Positions 29,441 through 39,455 of a DNA stretch of 52,214 nucleotides are shown piece after piece. The stretch spans positions 1-52,214 of IMG/VR virus record IMGVR_UViG_3300036820_000646; one strand, given 5' to 3'. A program made the position numbers and the translations under genes. This DNA is from a virus (lineage: Duplodnaviria > Caudoviricetes). The notes under the pieces are model-generated. The model did no database searches. It worked only from the letters and a program-made list of their open reading frames with translations, and was not told the DNA's origin. Numbering within the stretch: position 1 is the stretch's first letter; every line of letters starts with the position of its first letter.

Positions 29441-29971
29441 CTACGCCGCTACCTCCGAGTCCCCTATGAGACGCACGCGGAGTCTGGCGGTGCCATCTTC
29501 TTGGGGATTCGCGCTGGCGACGAGGTCCGGGAATCGCTTCAGCAACGTGCTCTTGGTCGAGTCCACTGAGGTCGTCTTAATGACGGTGACGTATTGGTCG
29601 ATGTCTCCACTCAACAGCGCATCGTGGATGGCGTTCCAATTTGTGTAGGACCGCTTACCTGAGTGGGCAGGTGCCTCGGTCGTATCCTTCCCCTTCGGGG
29701 TCTTCGCCCCACGAGGCCCTTTGACCGGGCTGTCCACCTTGTTGGTTCGCTTCTGGCGGATAGGTGTGGCGCGTGGCGCCGCGGTGACTTCTGCCACCGT
29801 CGACAACGCGAGCGGACTCGCCGTCACCTCGATGAAAGGCAAGACGCTTTCTCGCATCTCTTGTACCTTTTCGAGTTCGCGTTGCAATCTCTCTTCGCGT
29901 TTGGCGAGTGAGTCGGCCAGCAACGTTGCCAGCTCGCTGGTGCTCAATTCGTCAAGATTGATATCCGTCAT
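29441..29971 (-). CDS. Hypothetical protein (coiled-coil N-terminus, basic linker)
   Basis: ORF with AAGGG before MTDINL. Confidence 0.65.
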   Translation of the reverse strand: MTDINLDELSTSELATLLADSLAKREERLQRELEKVQEMRESVLPFIEVTASPLALSTVAEVTAAPRATPIRQKRTNKVDSPVKGPRGAKTPKGKDTTEAPAHSGKRSYTNWNAIHDALLSGDIDQYVTVIKTTSVDSTKSTLLKRFPDLVASANPQEDGTARLRVRLIGDSEVAA

Positions 29972-29985
29972 TTCGTCACCCTTCC

Positions 29986-30408
29986 TTAGTGAACTGAGAT
30001 CAGGACGTCTGCCGTCTGAGGAGACCACACGAAGTCATCGTCTTTCAAGTTGCAGCACTCCCACTTGTACGCCCAGCACCGCTTACGGCCCTTCAGAAGC
30101 CACGCGGGATAGTCAATCTCATCGACCGCGTACCATCCGGGGTCCCCACAGAAGTCCGCATTGAGATACTCGGACGCGAAGGCCGCGAGTGACTCTGTGA
30201 CGAGCAGCACTTCCTGCGGTTCGACCTCGGGTGCGGTTTCGACGTTGACGATGCGGGTCAGGTCGATACCCACTTCGAGGTTTTCGACCAAGGCTTCTTC
30301 CATCTCAACCTGGGCGAGTTGCTGTGCGCGGTCGCTCGGCAATTCGCCACGTTCGAGCAGCACGCCCCACGGTCGACCGCATTCCATACAGCAGATGAGA
30401 GTTGCCAT
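29986..30408 (-). CDS. Hypothetical protein
   Basis: AGGAG RBS; CMEC at N-terminus. Confidence 0.65.
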   Translation of the reverse strand: MATLICCMECGRPWGVLLERGELPSDRAQQLAQVEMEEALVENLEVGIDLTRIVNVETAPEVEPQEVLLVTESLAAFASEYLNADFCGDPGWYAVDEIDYPAWLLKGRKRCWAYKWECCNLKDDDFVWSPQTADVLISVH

Positions 30409-30488
30409 CGCTTCTCCTATGAGTCGAAGTGAGAATCAGTTCAGATTCGTAGTACCCCGACCACTCGAAACGCGTCCCCTAAAGGGCT

Positions 30489-31556
30489 TCAGAGAAGGCC
30501 GAGACGAGTGCTGCGTCCGCGTAAGTAGTCACGGGCCCGCGCGACACTGGGCATGAATTCACGACGCGCGCTCACCTTGGCGGGGCATCGGTGCGATTCG
30601 GTCGCGTAAGCGCGCAGACACTTGCCGCACTCCTTTACCTCCACGCGTTCAGACTGCCCTCGAATCATCTGATTGAAGATTCGGCCCGGAGCCTCCGACT
30701 GCGCAACGCGCATGAATGCGGCGATGGGGACCTTAAACCCGTAGAGCCGCGATCCACCTTTGTTGGACTCCGTAGCCATGACCATCGTCCCCGTGACCTT
30801 TTCGTATGCCACCCCGGAGATCCACGAAGAGCTCACTGACTTGACCGGTACGCCGAGCTGGGCGGCGCGCTGACGCCGGCGCTCGAGGATGTCTCCGACC
30901 TCGGCTAACGCGCGACTGGGCCGACGCGACTCGAGGACGCACTGAACCGACTCGGCAACGTAGGCCGACTGATCGGGCGTGAAGCCGAGGCCCTGCGTGG
31001 CCCATGATCCATCTTCACCGCGCGCGACACGGACCCAGCCATCGAACTGCCCACCGGGAAACTGCGCCGAGACCGGCACGTCGAATGTGTCACCACTGTC
31101 TTTGCCGGGAACGTTCGCCAGGGAGAAGTCCTTGATCGCCGCCGCCGAGGGCATCCGAATGGCCACCTGGTCATTCGCGTAGGCCATGCGGTGTGTGCGC
31201 CGATGTCCAGCGATGGAGTTGCCACCCGTGTGCTGGGGTGTCCAGTCATCGGGCATCTGGGCGTAGCCCCCCTCGGGGTGGTTGTACTCACCGGCAGCCA
31301 TGTGTCGGTCCCACCACTCACGCCGATGCGCGGTTGAGTTGGGATCGACGAGGAGCGGTGCGGTCGCGGCGGGCACGTAACCCATCAGGCTCAGAGCCTC
31401 GACGCGCTCGCGGAGGAACTCTCGAGGGTCGACGGGGATAAGCGTCGGTGTGGGCTGGTCGTTGAAGAGGTCGACTTGCGCTTCTGGATTCACAGAGGCC
31501 GCGAACTGTCCCCCAGTCGTTTGACCCTTGGGTTGACGTGATCGATCCTTGTCCAT
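30489..31556 (-). CDS. GGQFA-tagged protein with C-terminal KTSC-like domain
   Basis: Tag RQPKGQTTGGQFAASVNPEAQVDL (31467-31538); VSSSWISGVAYE...LYGFKVP...SEAPGRIFNQMIRG matches KTSC; then CxxC...HxC. Confidence 0.8.
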   Translation of the reverse strand: MDKDRSRQPKGQTTGGQFAASVNPEAQVDLFNDQPTPTLIPVDPREFLRERVEALSLMGYVPAATAPLLVDPNSTAHRREWWDRHMAAGEYNHPEGGYAQMPDDWTPQHTGGNSIAGHRRTHRMAYANDQVAIRMPSAAAIKDFSLANVPGKDSGDTFDVPVSAQFPGGQFDGWVRVARGEDGSWATQGLGFTPDQSAYVAESVQCVLESRRPSRALAEVGDILERRRQRAAQLGVPVKSVSSSWISGVAYEKVTGTMVMATESNKGGSRLYGFKVPIAAFMRVAQSEAPGRIFNQMIRGQSERVEVKECGKCLRAYATESHRCPAKVSARREFMPSVARARDYLRGRSTRLGLL

Positions 31557-31565
31557 ACCCCCATA

Positions 31566-31592
31566 GATGGGAGTTAAATCACGCAACGGCCA
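31566..31592 (-). promoter_or_regulatory. Bipartite motif TGGCCG-N11-AACTCCCATC, 9 nt upstream of ATG 31556 (copy 2)
   Basis: Same boxes and spacing as copies at 3578 and 41360. Confidence 0.8.
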
Positions 31593-31758
31593 AATGCGGC
31601 TCAAGAATTATCAGCGTCGACAATCAGTTGCGTTTCGGGGTCAGAAGATCGCGTGCTGGATTTGGCTTTCGAGGAGGCATTCCCTCCGATGTGCCGGGGA
31701 TGCGATCAGTAAGAGGAATTCGCTCGGGCGAATGAAACCCACCAGATAGTTTTGGAAA

Positions 31759-32463
31759 ATGCTGCTGGCGTATTTGGACGAGTCATATGACGAGAAGCGT
31801 TATTGGATTGTCGCCGTGGTTTGTCCAGACTCCGAGGTGCGCCCACTCACGGAGGAGCTTGACGAAGTTGTGCGGAGGTCGGCTCGAACTTTTCCTGGTC
31901 TCAATGCGTTCGGTGAACTCCACGGCCATGCATTGTTCCACGGCAAGGACGATTGGGCTGCTGTGGCGACCATGCCTCGCGCGCGAATCGGGATATACGG
32001 CCAGGCGCTCTCGGCGATCGCTCAACACGATGTGCGCATCATTATTCGCGGCGTAGATTGCATTGGCTTATCGGATCGGTACTCCTCACCTGAGCCTCCT
32101 CACGCACTCGTGTTGATGCACCTGCTCGAACGGATCAATGACCACGCCATCGATCCCGAAAACAACGTCATCGTCATCGCGGATGAGGTGCCGGAGGCAA
32201 ACGCACACCGGAGGAGTCTGTGGAACTTCCAACGCAATGCGACGTGGGGGTATCGCAGTCAACAACTGACGAGGATCATCGACACCATTCACTTCGCGCC
32301 GTCGACGTCGAGCAGACTCCTTCAGGCGGCGGACATCGTTGCTTTTTTGTGGTATCGAATGGACGCAGGCACTGACAAAGACGCCAGGGCCATAAAAGCG
32401 AACAACGATCTCTGGAATCTGGTGTCTGGAAAGGTCATCCACAACTGGATTTGGACCCCGTAA
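31759..32463 (+). CDS. DUF3800 family protein
   Basis: N-terminal AYLDES, ELHG, IADE, C-terminal SRLLQAADIVA. Confidence 0.85.
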   Translation: MLLAYLDESYDEKRYWIVAVVCPDSEVRPLTEELDEVVRRSARTFPGLNAFGELHGHALFHGKDDWAAVATMPRARIGIYGQALSAIAQHDVRIIIRGVDCIGLSDRYSSPEPPHALVLMHLLERINDHAIDPENNVIVIADEVPEANAHRRSLWNFQRNATWGYRSQQLTRIIDTIHFAPSTSSRLLQAADIVAFLWYRMDAGTDKDARAIKANNDLWNLVSGKVIHNWIWTP

Positions 32464-32470
32464 CGCACGA

Positions 32471-32530
32471 GAACCCCGCCATTGGCGGGGTTCAAGGCTT
32501 ACCGTATTCCGGTCTTTCGACTGGCCTACT
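32471..32530 (+). ncRNA. Structured RNA candidate downstream of DUF3800 gene
   Basis: GAACCCCGCC-ATT-GGCGGGGTTC stem, then AGGC..CCGGTC-TTTC-GACTGG-CCT nested stem; no U-tract. Confidence 0.5.
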
Positions 32531-32790
32531 GACATCTACTTTAGCCATTCTGCACGGCATCTGTCACGTCATCTGCCACATGACCTGCGATCTAAGGCCT
32601 CTCGAAAGGCCAACGATCAGGCCTGTCAGTCGAAATCAGTCCTGGTCAGAGTGGTGTGCCCAAATCGGCCCCACGAGACCAGGTGTGCCGGAGAGAACTG
32701 AAACAAAGCGGGTGGGTCTCCTGACGGAACAGAGGTCGACGATCGGTTTAGGGCATGATGTAGACCTTCACTATCCGGGGAGGTTTGCCG

Positions 32791-33663
32791 ATGGCTTTTT
32801 GTTCCGATTGCGGAAATAGCGTTGTCGAGGGGGCCAAGTTCTGCAGTGGCTGCGGCTCCAGCCTCAATGGAGAGCAGGGCGCCGCTGCCACAAGTTCAAC
32901 TCCCGTCGCCGCGGTCAGCCCATCGCCAGCCATTGCGCAAGATCCTTTGATTCTGCCGCTAGTAAGTGAATTGATATTCCAAATAACCAACTATGACGGT
33001 GGGCTTGTTTCTCACGCCAAGCACGAAAACGGAAACTTTCTGGCCTTGAAGCCGGACGGCAGATGGGAACTGAGATTTCCCGTTACCCGTGACCCCAAAA
33101 CCGCCGACAAACTAACTGCGGGCGTTGCACACTTTCCATTGGAGGTGACTGAAACGGGAGCCTCCTCTTGCCACGTGACCGTCACTGCTGTACAAGATCA
33201 ATCGGTTCGCGCCGGATTCGACGTACCTAAGAATGCCGCGAGTGAACTTATGGCTGCAATTGAATCACTCAAGCGGTCTGCCCTCACAGGTAACGCTGCG
33301 CAGACAAGAGCTCCTTTGGGGCCACCAGCGTGGCGATACTCGGGCTCGGGTATTGGGGCCGACTGGCGCTGCATCGCACATTCAAAGAGGGTCTGTTCGA
33401 GATGTGGACCGTACCCAAAAATTAAGGGCACGATGCAGGGCCAGGTCTGGCCCAACCCAAAGCGTGTCAACTGTCCGCACTGCCAAGGTGTGGGCACAGT
33501 CACAGCCAAAGGAGTCAAGAAAAAGAAGGGCTTCAGTACCGGAAAGGCGACGGCCGCCCTTCTCACGGGAGGCATTTCTCTTGTCGGCACGGGTCTGGCC
33601 CAAAAGGGAGAGGTCACACAACTGACGTGCTCCGCATGCGGCATCTCTTGGGAAGTCGCGTAG
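32791..33663 (+). CDS. Zinc-ribbon domain protein
   Basis: FCSDCG...AKFCSGCG; C-terminal CPHC...KKGFSTGKA..GG..CSACG.SW. Confidence 0.8.
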   Translation: MAFCSDCGNSVVEGAKFCSGCGSSLNGEQGAAATSSTPVAAVSPSPAIAQDPLILPLVSELIFQITNYDGGLVSHAKHENGNFLALKPDGRWELRFPVTRDPKTADKLTAGVAHFPLEVTETGASSCHVTVTAVQDQSVRAGFDVPKNAASELMAAIESLKRSALTGNAAQTRAPLGPPAWRYSGSGIGADWRCIAHSKRVCSRCGPYPKIKGTMQGQVWPNPKRVNCPHCQGVGTVTAKGVKKKKGFSTGKATAALLTGGISLVGTGLAQKGEVTQLTCSACGISWEVA

Positions 33664-33753
33664 CAGCACGAAGCACGACTACCGCCCACCGGTTACCCCT
33701 CACCTAGCCGCACAAAACCGCGCGCTTCATTCTGTATTACACGGCCAAGCGCG

Positions 33754-34236
33754 CTAGTCAAAGGCTTCGGCGTCGTAGTCGGCCGACCCATAGAGCAGCA
33801 TCTCGAGCGCCTGCTCGCCAGTGATCTCCGGTCCGCCATAGTTGGCGCTGGCCACTTGCCGGGGTCTGGTGCTGTACTCCTCGGGGTAGCGGTGAACAAG
33901 AAACCATTGAGCGGTCTTACAGGCAAGGCTCAGCTCAGCAGTCGTGGCAGTCTCGAGGTCAATGTCGATGGCGCGGACAATGACTTGCTGCGCCTGTATC
34001 CCTACCTCGGCGCTGGCCCTATCTAGAGACGTGCAAAACCGGGCGAAACGTCGCTCTTCGGGCGTTCTTTGTCTGGCGGATATCGCCTCGGCGGCCTCGC
34101 CCTTGCGACGCCACCGGCGCGGTGTCGCGGCATCAACGCCGGCAAGGCTGGCAGCGTCGACCATTGTGGCCCCTTGGCGTATGGCTTCGAGAATCGCCCT
34201 CTCGGTTTGCGGCCTTAGGACAGTCGGTCGAGCCAT
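33754..34236 (-). CDS. HTH protein resembling phage terminase-small-subunit-like family
   Basis: ARPTVL..AILEAIRQG..DAASLAGV..T..RW..KG...AQWFLVHRYPEEY. Confidence 0.55.
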   Translation of the reverse strand: MARPTVLRPQTERAILEAIRQGATMVDAASLAGVDAATPRRWRRKGEAAEAISARQRTPEERRFARFCTSLDRASAEVGIQAQQVIVRAIDIDLETATTAELSLACKTAQWFLVHRYPEEYSTRPRQVASANYGGPEITGEQALEMLLYGSADYDAEAFD

Positions 34237-34574
34237 GAGTCGAGCGTACCGAGGAGCAGTCAGTTTGAGAGAGATTCTTGTGTGACATTCGAGCAACACG
34301 ACGTCATACATCGAAATCTCTCTCTTAGATTCCTATCAAGCGAGGGAGTCATCAACAATGGCCCATTCTCGGTTTTTAGAGCGAAATTAGCCTCCATTTA
34401 GTGCCGGTTCTAGCCAGCGACGAAGTAGGTCCATCTACTCGAGCCACCGAGTAAGGCGGTTCCAACTATCAATACCTGGGGGTGCTCACACGACCGTATG
34501 AACGCGGTTGAAGAAACGATTGGGATCTCCCAGATTCGATGCTTTCGAAAGGCGTCTGGCGCCGGGTAAACGAG

Positions 34575-35432
34575 TTACTCCTCGCTGCGGAATTTCTCTC
34601 GATTGAACCACGCAGAGCTGATCTCACTCAGCCGGTATTTCTTTTCGACATCCAGTATCGTCGTGACCTCGCCTGACGTCATCACGAATTCGCGCAAGGC
34701 AACCTCGGTTTGGACTTGGCTCGACATCTTGAATGTCTGGAGCCAGATCGCGTGTAGTCGCGTGACGTCGCGCAGATTCTCCAACTCAATCAAACCAATG
34801 CCGTAACGAATGCGATCGATGTATTGCTTGCGCGTCTTCCACTCTGCTTTCACCGCTGCGGATTCTTCGGGGTGCTTACGAATGAATCTCGACGTCAGCG
34901 TGGGCTGACTCCTTTCCCACTTCTCAAACTCGTCTTCGTAAATGGTCAGGTCGCGCCCGTACCTATCGGCGTTCTGGACGTTCGCCAACGCGGAGTCGTG
35001 CAGAACACAGCGGGCCCAGTGGTCCACGATCTGCTCCACATCGGAGTAAGAGGGTGGATACTGCCAGCTACCGCCAGCCATCTCGAGTCGACCTCCGAGT
35101 TGAATGGCCGGCTTCTGCTCGGGCGCAAAACGAGACGCGTCGGACTCAAAGAAATGGTCGTCGCTCAAGCTGGCACGAAACGACGCTTCCATACCTTCAA
35201 GAATCGCTGCCTCGTCGCTGGGCTTGTCTCTCTTAGCGGCCGCTGCAATGGCTTCCTCGCGTTTGCGGGCCAACTCCTCAGCGGCTTTGCTCCCATCTAA
35301 CTCAGCCAATTCTGCTCCCAGATCCACATTCGGTTCCGAGATTACTTCTTTCCTTTGAGCGAAACGACCTCCCGCCCTGGTGCCTCGCGGCTGACGCGGC
35401 ACGTTCGGTTTTTCAATAAATCTCTCTACCAT
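34575..35432 (-). CDS. Hypothetical protein with divergent GG[QR]FA tag
   Basis: RQPRGTRAGGRFAQRKEVISEPNVDL at 35319-35396; last gene of the tra-like operon. Confidence 0.75.
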   Translation of the reverse strand: MVERFIEKPNVPRQPRGTRAGGRFAQRKEVISEPNVDLGAELAELDGSKAAEELARKREEAIAAAAKRDKPSDEAAILEGMEASFRASLSDDHFFESDASRFAPEQKPAIQLGGRLEMAGGSWQYPPSYSDVEQIVDHWARCVLHDSALANVQNADRYGRDLTIYEDEFEKWERSQPTLTSRFIRKHPEESAAVKAEWKTRKQYIDRIRYGIGLIELENLRDVTRLHAIWLQTFKMSSQVQTEVALREFVMTSGEVTTILDVEKKYRLSEISSAWFNREKFRSEE

Positions 35433-35971
35433 TCGCTCGTCCCCTGTGTCGGTGCTGGCGCTTCGTCCTCTTCACTGTCTTCACTCATCAGGTCTGTAAC
35501 GAGCGCCCAATTCCAGAGACTGACGAACCGACCTTCGTCCACATCGGTAATGACTCCAGCCTCGGCCAAGAATCGGAAAAAGATCGCCGTCCCAATGAGA
35601 TCGTCTCCGACGAGATCGCGCGTCTCAAACTCAACCACCCCCCGAGGGTCATATTGACCCCAGACGGCATCCACGAGTTCGTCGCGGCTCCTGCCGAGGT
35701 ATTCACTCCAGAGATCTCTCGACGACTGTGCGGTCTGGTCTCGGACCCACCCTCGAAACGCCTCCAACACGCGTCGAGCAGATTGATTTCCCGGATCATC
35801 CATGTAGTTGGCGATTCGTTGGTCGTCCGATCCGATGGCGATCAGCAGTGCGATCGTCGGAAGAGCAAGGACGTTGTCCACGAGGACAAGATCGATAGGA
35901 AAGCCCGCCGGCGAAATGAGACCGGTGAGGTCCTCAAATTCATCGTTGAGATCTTTGGTTTCTGTGCTCAC
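35426..35971 (-). CDS. Hypothetical acidic protein
   Basis: Start overlaps stop of VirB6-like gene. Confidence 0.7.
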   Translation of the reverse strand: MSTETKDLNDEFEDLTGLISPAGFPIDLVLVDNVLALPTIALLIAIGSDDQRIANYMDDPGNQSARRVLEAFRGWVRDQTAQSSRDLWSEYLGRSRDELVDAVWGQYDPRGVVEFETRDLVGDDLIGTAIFFRFLAEAGVITDVDEGRFVSLWNWALVTDLMSEDSEEDEAPAPTQGTSEW

Positions 35972-38892
35972 TATTTGTCTCCAATCGGCAATGGCTCACC
36001 GCGCTTGAACGCTTCAATGCGACGCTGTTGAATGTCGAGGCGGCGGGCAGCTTCATCGTGTGCGTCTCGCTCGGCTTGGCTCAACTCGAAACGATGCCGT
36101 GCAGCGCGCTCAGCGTCTTCTTGTTTTGCCGCGGCCTCATTTGCTCGCATCGACTCCGCGTCGGCTGTGGCCTTCTTATTTCGCGCCTCTTCGTCTGCTT
36201 TGAAGGCACGGTAGTCCTGAAGATTCTTTTGGGCTCGCAGCGGCGCGTCTTTCAGGTAGTTACGCAGTTTGTGGGCTCCGTAGACCAGTCCAGCTCCCGC
36301 CGCGACCGGAGCACCAAATCCCAAGAGCCCGGCGGCCCCGAGGCCGGCCGTACCGTACTTGAGCACTTTCGGAGCCTTCTTGACGGTCGCTTTGGCTCCC
36401 GCACCCGCTGCGGCTGCCGTAAGGACACTCCCCTTCAAGCGGTGAGTTTGACCTTCTCCATCTCTCTGGTTGAACCGCTTCCTCGAGCGCGCCAAGCTCT
36501 CCTTGATGCGAGCCCTACGAGTCACTTCAGGCTCGCCCCGTTCGGCCTTCGCCGTGCGAGGGTGCAGCACGCTGTTACTCATCTGCTCGATCCGCTTCGT
36601 GCGCTCAGCGATCCGTTCGGCTCGAGCATGCTGATTGGCCTGGTGCTGTTCGTCATCGCGGAGTTTCGGTCGACGCGCCTTGGCGAACATAGAGCCGGCC
36701 CCGGTTGCTGCTCCCTCAACAACGGGACGAGCCCCATCGGTACTGCCGGGCGACTTCGGGTCAACCGGTGTTGCCGTCGCTGCGCCCGTCTGCGCGGGTG
36801 CAGCGCCAGTCTTCGTCTGACTCGCACCCATCGAACCATTGGTTTGTGACGGACCAGACTTCGTCTTCTGTCCGCTGATCCGTCCGCGAGCGGCGCCGAC
36901 AGCCTGACCGCCGCGACGCTTCATGTGATCGAGCACATCGACCCCTACGGCAGCGGAGCCGAAGCCTCCCATCGCACCAGCGAACGCTGCCGCCCCCTTC
37001 ATCGAGAACGGGCTGGGGGCCTTAAGAACCTTGGTGATGAATAGACGAACAAGATAGAGCGCGGCGACAGGAGAGATCGTGATGAAGATCTGCGAGAAGA
37101 GTGATCCTGCCCCGGTCGCTTGTGTCCCCATCGCGGCGAGGACTGCCGTGATGATGGCTACAAAACTCAGAATCAGTCCCGCACACGTCGAAAACAAGAT
37201 GAGCCCGAAAAGGTGCTTCACGTACGCACTGAAGCGACCTTCCATCGTCGGCATCAATGCGAATATGAGCATCAACGGGAGCAAGATCATCAAGATGATG
37301 AGTGACAGTTTCGCGATGATAAGGGCGAGGGCAAGAACACCAAAGACAACCAGGATCACCGTTGAGCTCAAGAGGAAGAAGAACGCACTGGCCTCCGCTC
37401 CAGAGTTCTGAGTGCCGTGCAGGTTGCCGATGAAGTTCGCTATGCCGGTTCCGGCAGCGGATGAGTTCGTCGAAGTGGCGATCGCTGACGCAGAGTCGCC
37501 CCAGTTGAAGACTCCCAAGTCTGGGTTGAGGATCTGTCCGGGCCACGGTGCAGCGCTGGGGCTCGCGAAAGGACCGCTCGCATCGCCGTACTGGCCGCCG
37601 CTCGCAGGAGCGTTGGCTGACCAAAACGTCTGACAGTCGGCCCCATTGACCGTCGATGTCCCGGACGTCGTTGGTGAGGGCACTGTCGTGAATGCAGCGG
37701 TGGTCAATTTTCCCGTGGAGATGTCCCATTCCGAAGGTGTAAATCCGCTGCCACCAGATCCATTCGCTGGGCTTTGGCACGCGGCCCAGGCGACCATAGA
37801 TTCGTCTTCTTGGTCGTTGGTGAGTGCACCGTTCCAAGCGAGCGCGGACGCTTGAGTGACGCCGAAGGAGCTCAAATTTGAATCACCTGACAGCGAGCCC
37901 GACGCCTTGGCGACGGCCAACTGAGAAGCGGGCTGGATGCCGGCATTGTCCTCGAGTAGGTGGCAGTACATCAAGGGCGCGTAGTTGTTCGATGCGCCGA
38001 ACTGCTCGTCTTCATAGGTAGGAATCGCCGCTTGCTCCCAGAGGGAGTTCAAGGAAGTCGGCACTACGTATCCGTAACTACCGGTGGCTGTGTACGCCTT
38101 CTGGTACTCGTCAACCAACTCTTGGCTGTACCAGTAGCAACTGAGCGGATCGCTCTTCGCAATGGTCTCCTGGGTTGAGCCACCGATCGTGGCATTGGCG
38201 ACATTGGAAATCGCATTCGCCGGGCCGCTCGCAACATCGGAGATCGCGTTGTATCCGGTTTGAATGATCCACGCAGGGCTTAACGGAACGTCGTCGGTCG
38301 CGGTGGATGCCATTGCCGCGCCAACGATCGTGAACAGGATCGCCACCACCACCATGAACTTGATGATCTGACGGAAGAAGTTCCCACGGCCGCGGAGGGC
38401 ACGCCACGCCAGCGTGACAAGGGCCAAGACTGCCAAGACACCAAGCAGTGGGGACGTCGTAATTCCGGTCCCGAGCTTTCCCGCGAACGTGTTTGCCATC
38501 TCGCCCACGGTGTTGGCGAAACAGAACTGACTGGCTCCTTCGGTCGCGGAGGCGGCGAGCTGCCATTCCGATGCACCAATCGAGGTCATGCCGCCCACGA
38601 AGACTGACCTGTCGATGGAACTTGGCGCATTCGAGATCCCGCTCAGAAATCCGCCGGGCAAGCGTTCGTGCTCATCGCCGAGCGAACCCGACCAGCGGTT
38701 GATGGGCAGGTCGTTGTCCGCCGCCGTGGCGCTCGACGCTGTCGTGCCACAGATGAGTCCGGTCTGAGTCCCTGTGGTGTTGGTTGGCGTTGTGCTCGCA
38801 GCCCCTGCCGGTCCAGATGACAGAAGTAGCGCGAAGAGTGGAACAACTATGACGCCGAGTGCGGCAATGCGACGGTGTCGAACGTTTCTCAT
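35971..38892 (-). CDS. VirB6/TrbL-like polytopic conjugation membrane protein
   Basis: 973 aa; signal peptide, TM pairs, large extracellular loop, cluster of TMs, Gly/Ala-rich basic cytoplasmic tail. Confidence 0.7.
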   Translation of the reverse strand: MRNVRHRRIAALGVIVVPLFALLLSSGPAGAASTTPTNTTGTQTGLICGTTASSATAADNDLPINRWSGSLGDEHERLPGGFLSGISNAPSSIDRSVFVGGMTSIGASEWQLAASATEGASQFCFANTVGEMANTFAGKLGTGITTSPLLGVLAVLALVTLAWRALRGRGNFFRQIIKFMVVVAILFTIVGAAMASTATDDVPLSPAWIIQTGYNAISDVASGPANAISNVANATIGGSTQETIAKSDPLSCYWYSQELVDEYQKAYTATGSYGYVVPTSLNSLWEQAAIPTYEDEQFGASNNYAPLMYCHLLEDNAGIQPASQLAVAKASGSLSGDSNLSSFGVTQASALAWNGALTNDQEDESMVAWAACQSPANGSGGSGFTPSEWDISTGKLTTAAFTTVPSPTTSGTSTVNGADCQTFWSANAPASGGQYGDASGPFASPSAAPWPGQILNPDLGVFNWGDSASAIATSTNSSAAGTGIANFIGNLHGTQNSGAEASAFFFLLSSTVILVVFGVLALALIIAKLSLIILMILLPLMLIFALMPTMEGRFSAYVKHLFGLILFSTCAGLILSFVAIITAVLAAMGTQATGAGSLFSQIFITISPVAALYLVRLFITKVLKAPSPFSMKGAAAFAGAMGGFGSAAVGVDVLDHMKRRGGQAVGAARGRISGQKTKSGPSQTNGSMGASQTKTGAAPAQTGAATATPVDPKSPGSTDGARPVVEGAATGAGSMFAKARRPKLRDDEQHQANQHARAERIAERTKRIEQMSNSVLHPRTAKAERGEPEVTRRARIKESLARSRKRFNQRDGEGQTHRLKGSVLTAAAAGAGAKATVKKAPKVLKYGTAGLGAAGLLGFGAPVAAGAGLVYGAHKLRNYLKDAPLRAQKNLQDYRAFKADEEARNKKATADAESMRANEAAAKQEDAERAARHRFELSQAERDAHDEAARRLDIQQRRIEAFKRGEPLPIGDK

Positions 38893-38900
38893 TGCCCTAA

Positions 38901-38912
38901 ACCATGCGGCGA
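38901..38912 (-). promoter_or_regulatory. TCGCCGCATGGT motif 8 nt upstream of ATG 38892
   Basis: Recurrent 12-mer at similar distance from several starts. Confidence 0.65.
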
Positions 38913-38925
38913 TTCCGGCGTTTGC

Positions 38926-39102
38926 CTAAATCATCACGTGAAAGATCGAAAGCACCCCGCCAACGACGAGAGCCGCTACGACAACGATGAGTACCAAGGC
39001 TCCGCGATCGGCGACCCATTCTTCGATTTCGGCTCGCTCTGATTGGTATCCGTCGCGCCGGCGACCGACGAATCGGTCAAGCCGGGAGTTCTCGTCGGTC
39101 AT
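38926..39102 (-). CDS. 58-aa membrane protein (not in ORF track)
   Basis: TAATG coupling to upstream gene; MTDENSRLDRF...GALVLIVVVAALVVGGVLSIFHVMI. Confidence 0.7.
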   Translation of the reverse strand: MTDENSRLDRFVGRRRDGYQSERAEIEEWVADRGALVLIVVVAALVVGGVLSIFHVMI

Positions 39103-39455
39103 TAGTGAACGTAGACAAGAACGTGCAATGCGCCGATCGCCGTCGAGCTACCGCTCGTGCTGTGCAGCAGGCTCCAGAACGCGTTCGCCGCGAAGTCGAA
39201 CAAGGTGAGGATCGACGGCAAAACGATGTCGGGACCCGCGAGGATGCACCCAACGAGGGCCGTCCAGATCAGCTTCGTGTGACTACCGCCACCGCGACGA
39301 CGCTCCCAGAAGTACATGACGAGCGCGCCGATGACGAGCATCGTACCGATCACGCCCAAGAACGTCACGAAACTGCCGAGCGGGCCAGAAAGGCTCGACC
39401 AGGCCGTGCTCCACGATCCTGCAAGGTTGATGCTGGTTGCGTCTGCGAACATCAT
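39102..39455 (-). CDS. VirB2/pilin-like small two-TM protein
   Basis: 117 aa, two hydrophobic helices split by WERRRGGG; tra-like context. Confidence 0.6.
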   Translation of the reverse strand: MMFADATSINLAGSWSTAWSSLSGPLGSFVTFLGVIGTMLVIGALVMYFWERRRGGGSHTKLIWTALVGCILAGPDIVLPSILTLFDFAANAFWSLLHSTSGSSTAIGALHVLVYVH

